Source: Propionibacteriales bacterium (lineage in GTDB: Bacteria > Actinomycetota > Actinomycetes > Propionibacteriales > Nocardioidaceae). From it: a stretch of DNA of 38,828 nt. Location of the stretch: contig JBBPYJ010000197.1 in NCBI GenBank assembly GCA_038200025.1, forward strand, positions 1 through 38,828, written 5' to 3'. The position numbers were made by a program, and so were the translations under genes. Positions 29,071 through 37,392 of the stretch are shown here, piece after piece. The first letter of the stretch is position 1; the number at the start of each line of letters is the position of its first letter. Below the pieces are notes generated by a model. It was not told the DNA's origin, ran no database searches, and saw only the letters and a program-made list of their open reading frames with translations.

Positions 29071-30150
29071 TCAGTCTAGAGACGAGGTCTGGGACGAGGT
29101 TTGGGTCGGCTCGTCCTGGTGCGCGGCGTCCCTGATCTCTCCGACCAGTTCCTCGATCACGTCCTCCAGGGTGATCAGTCCCACCACCTGCCCGCTGTCG
29201 TCGACCACGCGCGCCATATGGGCGCCGCGCCGTTGCAGGGTCTCCAGCGCGTCGTGCAGTGGATCGGTGGTGCGCACCCCGGCCAGTGGTCTGATCGACT
29301 TGTCGTCGATGACCTGGACGCGGCGGGACTGCTCGGTTTCCAAGACGTCCTTGATGTGCAGGTAGCCCATCAGGGAGCCGTCCTCGTTGGTGACCGGGAA
29401 GCGGCTGAAGCCGGTCGCCGCGCAGAGCGACTCCAGGTCCGAGGCCGTCGCACCACGCGAGATGGTGGTCAGCGAGGCAGTCGGCAAGACGACCGCGCTG
29501 ACCTGCTTGTCGGCGAAGCCGAGTGCTCCGGTCAGCCGGCCGTACTCCTCCTCTTCCAGCAGACCTTCGCCGCGGGACTCCTCCACCAGGGCTGCCACCT
29601 CTTCGCGGGTGTACGTCGAGCTCACCTCGCTCTGCAGCTCGACCCCGCCCAGCGCGAGCAGCCGGCGGGCGATCGCGTTCAGGACCACCACCACCGGTCG
29701 CAGCACCGTCACGAAGCCCCAGACCACCGGGGCGAGCACGACCACCACGCGCTCGGGCCCGGCCAGGGAGATGTTCTTCGGCACCATCTCGCCCAGCACC
29801 ACGTGCAGGAACACCACGATCATCAGCGCGATCGCGAAGGCGATCGGGTGCAGCAGCGCATCGGGCAGCTGCGCGACGTGCAGCGCCGGCTCGATCAGCG
29901 CGGCCAGGGCCGGTTCGGCGATCGCACCCAGTCCCAGGCTGCAGATGGTGATGCCAAGTTGGTTGACGCCGATCACCAAGGCGATGTTCTCCATCGCCTT
30001 GATGGTGATCTTGGCCATCCGCGAGCCGGCCTGGGCCAGTGGCTCGATCTGACTGCGCCGGGCCGAGACCAGGGCGAACTCGGCGCCGACGAAGAACGCA
30101 TTCAGGCCCAGCAGCAATGCAGCGAGCAGCAGCGCGGGAAGGGTGCTCAC
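29071..30150 (-). CDS. Hemolysin/CNNM family protein (DUF21 plus CBS pair)
   Basis: FFVGAEFALVS, QLGIT, GEMVPKN, GFSRFPV and ITLEDVIEELVGEI. Confidence 0.92.
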   Translation of the reverse strand: MSTLPALLLAALLLGLNAFFVGAEFALVSARRSQIEPLAQAGSRMAKITIKAMENIALVIGVNQLGITICSLGLGAIAEPALAALIEPALHVAQLPDALLHPIAFAIALMIVVFLHVVLGEMVPKNISLAGPERVVVVLAPVVWGFVTVLRPVVVVLNAIARRLLALGGVELQSEVSSTYTREEVAALVEESRGEGLLEEEEYGRLTGALGFADKQVSAVVLPTASLTTISRGATASDLESLCAATGFSRFPVTNEDGSLMGYLHIKDVLETEQSRRVQVIDDKSIRPLAGVRTTDPLHDALETLQRRGAHMARVVDDSGQVVGLITLEDVIEELVGEIRDAAHQDEPTQTSSQTSSLD

Positions 30151-31532
30151 CGTCGCTCCCCCTCGTCTCCCGCGGTCTGCTCGGAGTCCTCGCGCACCGT
30201 GACCGTCACCCGATCCACCCGAAGCCCGTCCATCCGGTCCACGCGCATCCGGGCCCAGCGGCGTACGGCGCCACCGTCGGTCGCCTCGCGCTCCTCGCTG
30301 CTGACCGGCAGCTCCACGTCCACTTCATCGCCGACCTGCGGGATCCGGCCGAGCCGTTGCACGATCAGCCCGGCGACCGTGTCGTAGTCGTCGTCAGCGG
30401 GCAGCTCGATCCCGCTGACGTCCTCGGCCTCGTCGGGTCGCAGTAGGCCCGACAGCGACCAGCCGCCGTCGCGCCGCTGCCAGGCCCTGGAGCCTAGGCG
30501 GTCGTGCTCGTCGGAGATGTCGCCGACGATCTCCTCGACGACGTCCTCCAAGGTGACGATGCCGGCGTGCCCGCCGTACTCGTCCAAGACCACCGCCATC
30601 TGGAAGCCATCAGCACGCAGCAGACCCATCAGCGGGTCCAGGCGCAGGGAGTCCGGCACCACGATGGGTCTGACCATGATGTGCTTGATCCGGGTGGTCG
30701 CCCGCTCACCCACCGGCAGTGCCACCGCGTGCTTGACGTGCACGGTCCCCACGACCGTGTCGTCGATGTCGAGGACCGGGAAGCGCGAGTGCCCGGTGCT
30801 GCGGGCAGTCTCGATCACCGCGATCGCCCGATCGGTGGCCTCCAGGGTCGTCGTGCGCACGCGCGGAGTCATGATCTCGCTGGCGGTGCGGTTGCCGAAC
30901 TCGACCGAGCGCTCCATCAGCTCGGCGGTGTCGGCGTCCAGGGTGCCCTGCTCACCGGACCGGGCGATCAGGCTGGCCAACTCGGTGGAGCTGCGGGCCG
31001 AGCGCAGCTCTTCCTGCGGCTCGATGCCCAGACGTCGCACCAGCGCGTTCGCCGACCCGTTGAGGAACCGGATCGGCAGCGCCATCAAGGTGGTGAAGGT
31101 GCGCTGGAAGCGCTGGGTGGCGATCGCGGTCTGCATCGGCAGGGCGATGGCCAGGTTCTTGGGCACCAACTCGCCGAAGATGACCGTCAGCCCGGTGCTG
31201 ATCGTCAGCCCCAGCACGACCGCGAGGGGGGACACCAGGTCCTCGGGCGTCCCGAGAGCGCTCAGCGGTCCGTCGATCAAGGTGGCGATGGCGGGCTCGG
31301 CCAGGAAGCCGATGGCCAGGTTTGTCACGGTGATCCCGACCTGCGCCCCGGAAAGCTGGGTCGACAGCGCGCGCAGCGCGGTCTGGACTCCCACCGCGCC
31401 GGGCTCACCTGCCTCGACGGCCCTGTCGACCCGGTTGCGGTCCACGGTCACGAAGGCGAATTCGGCGGCGACGAACATCCCCGAGGCCACGATCAGCAGC
31501 AGCGAGATGACGAGCAGGAGCGTAGCGGTCAT
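30147..31532 (-). CDS. Hemolysin/CNNM family protein (DUF21, CBS pair, CorC-HlyC domain)
   Basis: FVAAEFAF, LSGAQVGIT, GELVPKN, GHSRFPV, DEYGG, EIVGDISDEHD and YDTVAGL. Confidence 0.93.
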   Translation of the reverse strand: MTATLLLVISLLLIVASGMFVAAEFAFVTVDRNRVDRAVEAGEPGAVGVQTALRALSTQLSGAQVGITVTNLAIGFLAEPAIATLIDGPLSALGTPEDLVSPLAVVLGLTISTGLTVIFGELVPKNLAIALPMQTAIATQRFQRTFTTLMALPIRFLNGSANALVRRLGIEPQEELRSARSSTELASLIARSGEQGTLDADTAELMERSVEFGNRTASEIMTPRVRTTTLEATDRAIAVIETARSTGHSRFPVLDIDDTVVGTVHVKHAVALPVGERATTRIKHIMVRPIVVPDSLRLDPLMGLLRADGFQMAVVLDEYGGHAGIVTLEDVVEEIVGDISDEHDRLGSRAWQRRDGGWSLSGLLRPDEAEDVSGIELPADDDYDTVAGLIVQRLGRIPQVGDEVDVELPVSSEEREATDGGAVRRWARMRVDRMDGLRVDRVTVTVREDSEQTAGDEGERR

Positions 31533-31684
31533 CGTGGGTCACATCGTAACGGGCACGCGCCGTGCCGGCCCACTCGTGGTCAGTGGTTTCGCTGAACTCC
31601 CACACCGGCTCGCACGTGACACCGACCGGGGTTTTCCCTGGGCTGGGTCTTTCATCCCCTCGCTGTCCCCCCGCTGCCTCGGAG

Positions 31685-31990
31685 ATGCCTATGCCTGATT
31701 CTTTGTCCACACCGCGCTACCGCGCCGCAACGATCAGGTCCGCCGCAAGGGCGGAGCCGACGCGTGGTTCGAGTGGCAGCTGTCCGTCGCAGATCTCCGA
31801 CGACCAGGCGCAGGGCACGCAGTCGTGGTGGCCCTCGCTGGCCTACAGCCCCACCAGGCTGTGGGCCGACAGCCAGTCCGGAGCCAAGGGCGGCTGGCAG
31901 GTGATGGCCGACTATCAGCGCTGGTTGCTGCACCGCCGGATCACCTCGCAGCGACAGGTGCAGGAGGTGATGACCCAGTTCTGGGAGAAC
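31685..31990 (+). pseudogene. DUF1800-family protein, N-terminal fragment
   Basis: GGADAWFEWQL in one frame, then ..RRITSQRQVQEVMTQFWEN in another; ends abruptly. Confidence 0.65.
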
Positions 31991-32232
31991 GGCTGCGGTC
32001 GTGGCTGTTGACGCAGCCGATGTTCGTGGTGGCGACGGCCCCGGCGTCCAGCGGTCATGTCAACGCCTCGCCCAAGGGGATGGCCGCACTTTCGCGGTCC
32101 TCGGCGAGTGCACCGTGGCCTATCTGGACTACACCGGGAGCGGCGTCGAGACCGTCGCCCACCTGCGCGAGGACGGCTGGATCACCTTGATGTTCAACGC
32201 CTTCAAGGGTCCGCCCCGGATCGTGCGGTTGC
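31989..32232 (+). pseudogene. Pyridoxamine 5'-phosphate oxidase-like (FMN-binding) fragment
   Basis: LRSWLLTQPMFVVATAP..GHVNASPKG [frameshift at about 32083] TFAVLG..VAYLDYTGSGVETVAHLRE.G.ITLMFNAFKGPPRIVRL; both termini missing. Confidence 0.8.
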
Positions 32233-32692
32233 AGGCACCGGACCGGCGGGCCGTGGATGCGCAGGTTGCCGGGGATCCGGGCGTCTTCGAGGCGATGGGC
32301 GATCAGGAGATCGTGGCCGCCACCCAGAAAGCGGCCTACGCCGTGGACCCGGAGGTGTTCGTGGCCCGGCGGGCATATGCGGAGTCCCAGCGACACGTCT
32401 CGGTCCGCCCGGCACCGGACGCGATGACGTTCTTGGGTGCGCTGTTGCCGATACGCGACGGCGTGGCCTGCTTCGCGGCCTTGACCCGGGCTACCGAAGC
32501 GTGCGTGGCGAAGGGTGATTCGCGTAGCCGCGGTCAGATCATGGCCGACACCCTGGTCCAGCGGGTCACCGGCCAAACGGAGGCTGATCCGGCGCCGATC
32601 CAGGTGAACCTGGTAATGACCGACCAAGCCCTGCTCGACCCGATGGGACCCGATCAGGGCGCATGGGTCGATGGGTACGGCCCGATCCCGGC
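32233..32692 (+). pseudogene. DUF222/HNH endonuclease internal fragment
   Basis: RHVSVRPAPDAMTFLGALLP, DSRSRGQIMADTLVQRVTG and VNLVMTD..GYGPIPA; no N-terminus and no HNH domain. Confidence 0.8.
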
Positions 32693-32918
32693 GAGCTTGT
32701 CAAGTTTTCTGGGTAGTGATCGGGTCTTGATTGGTTGATTACTTTGTTACAGGTGGCGGTTGATGCGGTCGGGGTAGACGACCGCGAGTTGGGCCAGGGC
32801 TTGTTTCCAGTTCGTGACGGCTTGGCCCTCGACGAGCCGCCCGGGGGCCCTGCGCTCGGACGAGGGCTTGCCCTTCTCCTTGGCTCGTTCGCGGGCCCTC
32901 TTGTCCTCGATGTTGCAG
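32693..32918 (-). mobile_element. IS256-family remnant: transposase C-terminus plus right terminal IR
   Basis: The minus strand encodes CNIEDKRARERAKEKGKP..RLVEGQAVTNWKQALAQLAVVYPDRINRHL* (stop 32747-32749), followed by the IS256-like end CCCAGAAAACTTGACAAGCTC. Confidence 0.82.
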
Positions 32919-32921
32919 TTA

Positions 32922-32995
32922 ACGGGCCTATCTCACCGAACCGGCGCGGACCGATCGTATTGACGATGCAACAGATGCGGATACTCCCCACCGCC
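32922..32995 (-). ncRNA. Truncated yybP-ykoY (Mn2+) riboswitch aptamer
   Basis: The minus strand reads GCGGTGGGGAGTATCC-GCATCTGTTGCATCGTCAATACGATCGG...TTCGGTGAGATAGG. L1 (GGGGAGUA) and L3 (CGUCAAUAC) are present; the 3' GAGACC/P1 strand is replaced by the IS256 remnant. Confidence 0.65.
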
Positions 32996-33088
32996 AGGGA
33001 ACTAACCAGATCCCGAACCCTGGCGCCAGTTCGCGCTTGCCGCGCCCCGTGGGACTCACCTGGGCTTACCCCTCTACGCTCACGAGAC

Positions 33089-34240
33089 GTGAGCACCTTC
33101 GATATTGTCCGGGTCCTGCTGGGGCTGCTTATCCTCGTGGGCGGCGGCGAATTCCTGGTTCGTGGCGCTTCAGCGCTGGCCGCTCGGTGGGGTCTTAGCC
33201 CTCTCGTTGTGGGTCTGACAGTCGTCGCGATCGGGACCTCGGCGCCGGAGTTCGCGGTGACGGTTCAAGCAGTTCTGCGCGATCAAACCGACCTTGCGGT
33301 TGGCAATGTGGTCGGGTCCAACATTGTCAACGTCCTGCTTATCCTCGGTGTGGCCGCGTTGATCCTGCCGCTGGCGGTCAAGGAGCAACTCGTCCGGGTC
33401 GATGTGCCGGTGATGATCGTGCTGTCTGTTTTGCTCCTCCTCTTTGCCTTCGACGGGAACGTCTCGTTCGTGGATGCACTGGTGCTGCTCGCCCTATGGG
33501 TAACCCACACCACGGTGATCGTCGTGATGAGTCGCCGCGAAACCGACCGGGCGCGGCCAGGTGGCCAGACAGTCGAAACCACAGACGGGTCCGCGGAGGC
33601 CAGCGCGGAGCAAATATCGGCCCCAGGTCCTGGGGTGACGATGTCCGTGGTGCTTATTGCGGCCGGTATCGCCCTGCTGGTCGCGGGAGCCAACCTTTTG
33701 GTGACCGGTGCGGTAAATATCGCATCCTCCCTGGGGCTCAGCGGCCTGGTAATCGGGCTCACTGTCGTCGCCCTCGGTACGTCGTTGCCTGAACTGGTCA
33801 CCTCCCTGGTTGCTGCCATCCGAGGCGAGCGGGACATCGCCATCGGAAACGTCGTGGGGAGCTCCATTGCCAACATCGGGCTCGTTCTGGTTGTCCCAGC
33901 GCTGTTCGCCGGTGACGGGATCCCCGTCGCGCCCGCCGCGATCGCGCTCGACATTCCACTCATGGTGGCCACCGCTGTTGTGGTCGCGCCCATCATCTTC
34001 ACCGGTTTCACCGTCGAACGATGGGAAGGCGCCCTCTTCATCGCGCTCTACGTCGCCTACTTGACTTTCCTGGTACTAGACGCCAGCGGGCACCAAGCCC
34101 TGACCGGGTTCACCCGAACGATGGTGTATTTCGTCTTGCCCCTCGTTGTCGCCGCCCTCATCGCCGGCGTTGTCTACGAGTTCAAGCAACGGGCTGTCCG
34201 GAACAGTGCCGCAGCCAAACCCAAGGAGAACTCCGCGTAG
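33089..34240 (+). CDS. Calcium/sodium antiporter (CaCA, YrbG-like)
   Basis: Two alpha repeats, VAIGTSAPE..GNVVGSNIVN and VALGTSLPE..GNVVGSSIAN, and many TM helices. The true start is likely GTG 33089 rather than 32735. Confidence 0.93.
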   Translation: MSTFDIVRVLLGLLILVGGGEFLVRGASALAARWGLSPLVVGLTVVAIGTSAPEFAVTVQAVLRDQTDLAVGNVVGSNIVNVLLILGVAALILPLAVKEQLVRVDVPVMIVLSVLLLLFAFDGNVSFVDALVLLALWVTHTTVIVVMSRRETDRARPGGQTVETTDGSAEASAEQISAPGPGVTMSVVLIAAGIALLVAGANLLVTGAVNIASSLGLSGLVIGLTVVALGTSLPELVTSLVAAIRGERDIAIGNVVGSSIANIGLVLVVPALFAGDGIPVAPAAIALDIPLMVATAVVVAPIIFTGFTVERWEGALFIALYVAYLTFLVLDASGHQALTGFTRTMVYFVLPLVVAALIAGVVYEFKQRAVRNSAAAKPKENSA

Positions 34241-34282
34241 CGAAGCCACCCTGCTCGCTGAGAGGTTGTTGGGCCATGCCAG

Positions 34283-34800
34283 TCACATCAACGGCGCGAT
34301 CTTTGCCGCTGTGAGCGCGACGGCCAGCACGATTGTCCCGACTCGATGGACCGCGAAGATCGCCGACCAGTCACCCGACTCCTCGCCCCGGATGGCGCTG
34401 ACCGCGATATCCCCCGCAAGGTAGGCAGCGAAGAGCGCGGCGGTAGCCCACGCGAGCACAATCGCCACGTCGGGGGCACCATAAGCGTGCAGGGCCACGA
34501 TCAGGGTCAACGCGAAAGCGCCTTCGACTACTACGCCACCGGCGATATAGGCCCATGCGGAGGGGTATCGCCTCGATGCCGCCCGAAGACCTTCGCGTAT
34601 TCGCCGTCCATCGGCGAAACCCACCGGTCTGCGTCGCGCAGGGCCACATGCGGCGGACTCCCGCCGAGATCGACCCGGATTGAATCAGCCGGTACTCCAA
34701 GGAGCCGGCCCATACCGTAGTGGCCGTACTCGTGAACAACGATTAGCAGCAAGACGAACCCCACCCCACCAGCCAAGTCCACCGCGATCGTGCTCACCAC
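34283..34800 (-). pseudogene. Membrane zinc metallopeptidase (M50-like), frameshifted
   Basis: TM plus VVHEYGH in ORF 34531-34800; the hydrophobic C-terminal half (YIAGG..., SGD) is in another frame (34283-34624), with the shift at about 34570. Confidence 0.6.
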
Positions 34801-34959
34801 GTAATTCTATCGCCGGATCCGCACTGGTTCCCGCGCCCCAGGTGGTCGCAACAAGAGATCACAGACCATGGTCCTCTGCAGGGAATCAGGAGGCAGGCGT
34901 GCCCTAGCCGATCCACCTGTTGACGCGCGAACCCTGGTTCGCGTGTCCTTCGGGCCCCC

Positions 34960-35090
34960 GACGGGGGGAGTATCTCCAATGGCTCGCATCGTCAGCACGG
35001 CCCTGTAGGGGGGCCCGGTGTGAGCGGCCCAACTCGGGTCGAGAGAGACCTCGTTGCCGAATGTGGCCCTGGTGCCACCGCAACGAGGAG
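34960..35090 (+). ncRNA. yybP-ykoY (Mn2+-sensing) riboswitch with translational expression platform
   Basis: P1 GACGGGG/CCTCGTT; L1 GGAGTA...AGA; TCTC/GAGA; P3 GCTCGCATC/GGTGTGAGC with L3 GTCAGCAC and GGCCC/GGGCC; P4 GGCCC/GGGTC. The alternative stem CCTCGTTGC/GCAACGAGG covers part of the GAGGAG RBS. Confidence 0.85.
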
Positions 35091-35101
35091 CACTGATCGC
35101 T

Positions 35102-36178
35102 ATGACAACCTTCCGACCCAACCCCCGCCACGAACTGACCTCGGCAAGCGTGCTGACACTCCAGTCGATGCAGGCCTATCCCAGCCTCTCGATCCTGGTT
35201 AACGCTACCCCTGGGCCCAGACCCGAACCGGAGACCATCAGACGCCTTCGTCGCCTGCGCGACGGGGTCGCCGAACGGCTAGATCGCGAGAACTTCTTTT
35301 CCACGACCTCACTGATGGCCAAGGTCGATGACCTGATTGATCAGGCTTGCTTGGCGCCGTGCGGCCAAGCCATAGCGTTGTATGCCAGCGAAGCCCACGA
35401 GCAACTGGTGGTCCTGTCGGTCGAGGTCACCGAGCGAGCCGTCGTGGACCCCACCTTCGCCACCCGCGACCTGGTGCGAGCCCTGCACCGGACCCCTCGC
35501 CAGGTCGTCCTAGTCCTCGCCGTCGGCGAAGCACGCCTTTTCGAAGGCGTCGGCTCGCGGCTCAACCCCGCACCGGGGTCGAAGTTCCCCCGCAGCGCCA
35601 CTGCGGCTAGCCGCGCTGGCTCTACGAACAACGAGGCCTTCCTGGTCGACGTCGACACTGCCCTGGGCTCCTACCTGCGCATTCACCCGGCTCCTTTGGT
35701 GGTGGTAGGCGCAGAACCGACCCTCTCGACGTTCTGTGGGCTGTCCAAGAATCTGGGCCGTTTGGCCGGGAAAGTTGTCGGTAACCATGTCCACGTTCGT
35801 CTTGACGTGCTCAGCGGTCGCATCGCCCCGCGTATCGAGGACTATCTACGCTCCCGGCAAGAAGAAGCCCTGGAGCTCCTCGGCACCCGGACCGGTCAAG
35901 GTCGAGCTCGGATCGGGATCGACGCTGCCTGGTTCGCAGCACAGCGGGAGCGTCCCGAGATGCTCGCGGTAGAAACCGACTTCTTCTACCCAGCCCGTGT
36001 CAGTGCGGACGGCGACTACCTCGATCCAGCCCAAGACGTAGAGGATCCAGAAGTCACCGACGACTGCGTCGACGAGATCATCGAACGAGTCCTGGACCGC
36101 GGCGGATGGGTCGCCCTGGTCGACCCCGGATCGATCCCCACCGGCGGACGCATCGCGCTGACCTCCAAGGACGCCTGA
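35102..36178 (+). CDS. baeRF3-family protein (bacterial aeRF1/Pelota-like factor)
   Basis: YPSLSIL, AIALYAS, VVDPTFATRDLVRAL, ARLFEG, PLVVVG, G.VVGN and DD.VDEIIERVLDRGGWV; RBS GAGGAG; no GGQ. Confidence 0.8.
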   Translation: MTTFRPNPRHELTSASVLTLQSMQAYPSLSILVNATPGPRPEPETIRRLRRLRDGVAERLDRENFFSTTSLMAKVDDLIDQACLAPCGQAIALYASEAHEQLVVLSVEVTERAVVDPTFATRDLVRALHRTPRQVVLVLAVGEARLFEGVGSRLNPAPGSKFPRSATAASRAGSTNNEAFLVDVDTALGSYLRIHPAPLVVVGAEPTLSTFCGLSKNLGRLAGKVVGNHVHVRLDVLSGRIAPRIEDYLRSRQEEALELLGTRTGQGRARIGIDAAWFAAQRERPEMLAVETDFFYPARVSADGDYLDPAQDVEDPEVTDDCVDEIIERVLDRGGWVALVDPGSIPTGGRIALTSKDA

Positions 36179-36373
36179 CCCCCACGCCCCCGGCAGAAAA
36201 CCAGATCGCCACCGCGCCGGCCCATGGCCCTCGCCACCCGATTGACCCCCCGGTAAGAAGGAAGTGTTGACCTTGCGTGTGTCCACAATCGTGGCGGTCG
36301 GGCGGCGATACTGGCCCGCCGTGGCCCCCATCGGCCATCTCCCCGTCTCACAACGACGGCCTATGGTCTCTGC

Positions 36374-37014
36374 GTGCGTACGCATGCGCTCTGGAACCCG
36401 TTCGGAATCTCGTCGATGGATGAGATCAACGCAGCGCGAGTGAAGCTGGGTGCTTGGGCGCCGACGCCCGTCGAGGCTGTTTCGCCAGATGCCACGTGGG
36501 CAGACGCGTACGCAGTCGCCAGGCAACGGATCTGCGCGGCCCTGGGTGAGCGCGTGCTCGGTATGAATCACGTCGGTTCGACAGCAGTTGCTGGGCTGTG
36601 GGCAAAGCCGATGATCGACATCGACCTCACCGTGGCCAACTCCGCCGATGGAGCCGCCTGGCTCCCCGACCTCGAAGCCGCCGGCTTTGCGCTGCGGGTA
36701 CGTGAGCCCGAAGCGGAGGAGCGCCGTCTGGTCCGAGGCCAGGCACCGACCAGCAACGTGCACATCTTCTCGGTCGGAGCGCGTGAGCCTCAGCGACACG
36801 TGCTTTTTCGCGACTGGCTGCGCACGCGCCCTGACGATCGCGACCAGTACTCCGATCAAGCGTGATCTGGCCGCGGACGGGTTTACCGACGCGATGCTGC
36901 TACAACAACGCCAACGCGGGGTTTGTCTACGACCTCTACGAGAGGGCCTTCACCGGCGATCCAGAACACCAGCACGATCCACACCCGCGGTCCGACGCCG
37001 CCCCAAACCGTTAA
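36374..37014 (+). pseudogene. GrpB family nucleotidyltransferase-like protein, frameshifted
   Basis: HVGSTAVAGLWAKPMIDIDL, NVHIF and RHVLFRDWLR..PDDRDQY; the C-terminus (KRDLA.., YNN..GFVYDLYERAF) continues in other frames after shifts at about 36855 and 36900. Confidence 0.8.
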
Positions 37015-37392
37015 CAGGCCCGCGCGCATGAGTCACAGCCCCCGACATCCTGGATGAGGTAGACGACGCGTGCCTCGCGATGTCGGCTAAATGGTGACCA
37101 AGAACTGTGCCCCGCAAGAAGAACCTGCTCCGGTGACGGATCGTTCCGCGGCGACGCCCTCTGACTGCTCTCTGGCTGATCTCTGCGTCGGGTTGGTATC
37201 GCGGTCCTTGGTCATCCCTACCGGGCGCCGCTCACAACCCGGGATCGCGGCTGCAGGTTGTCGCGAGGCCATGTCGGATTCACCATCGACGCCGCCTACG
37301 CGGCTCAGATGGGCGGGTGCCCTTAGCCGAGACTGTCCGTCCTGGGACCGGGCGGCGGTGGATACTCGTGCCATCGCCTGGCCGGCGCTGGG

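Noticed and set aside
32735-33088. 118-aa N-terminal extension on the antiporter ORF
   Set aside because: The region is the antisense of the IS256 remnant and riboswitch; antiporter-like sequence starts at GTG 33089.
36255-36443. Short ORF after AGAAGGAAG downstream of baeRF3
   Set aside because: No recognisable motif, and it overlaps the grpB start; cannot be supported.
37100-37350. c-di-AMP riboswitch or group II intron remnant
   Set aside because: Only short word matches (GGTGAATC, CCCGGTAGG, GAGCCG); the required order and helices are absent.
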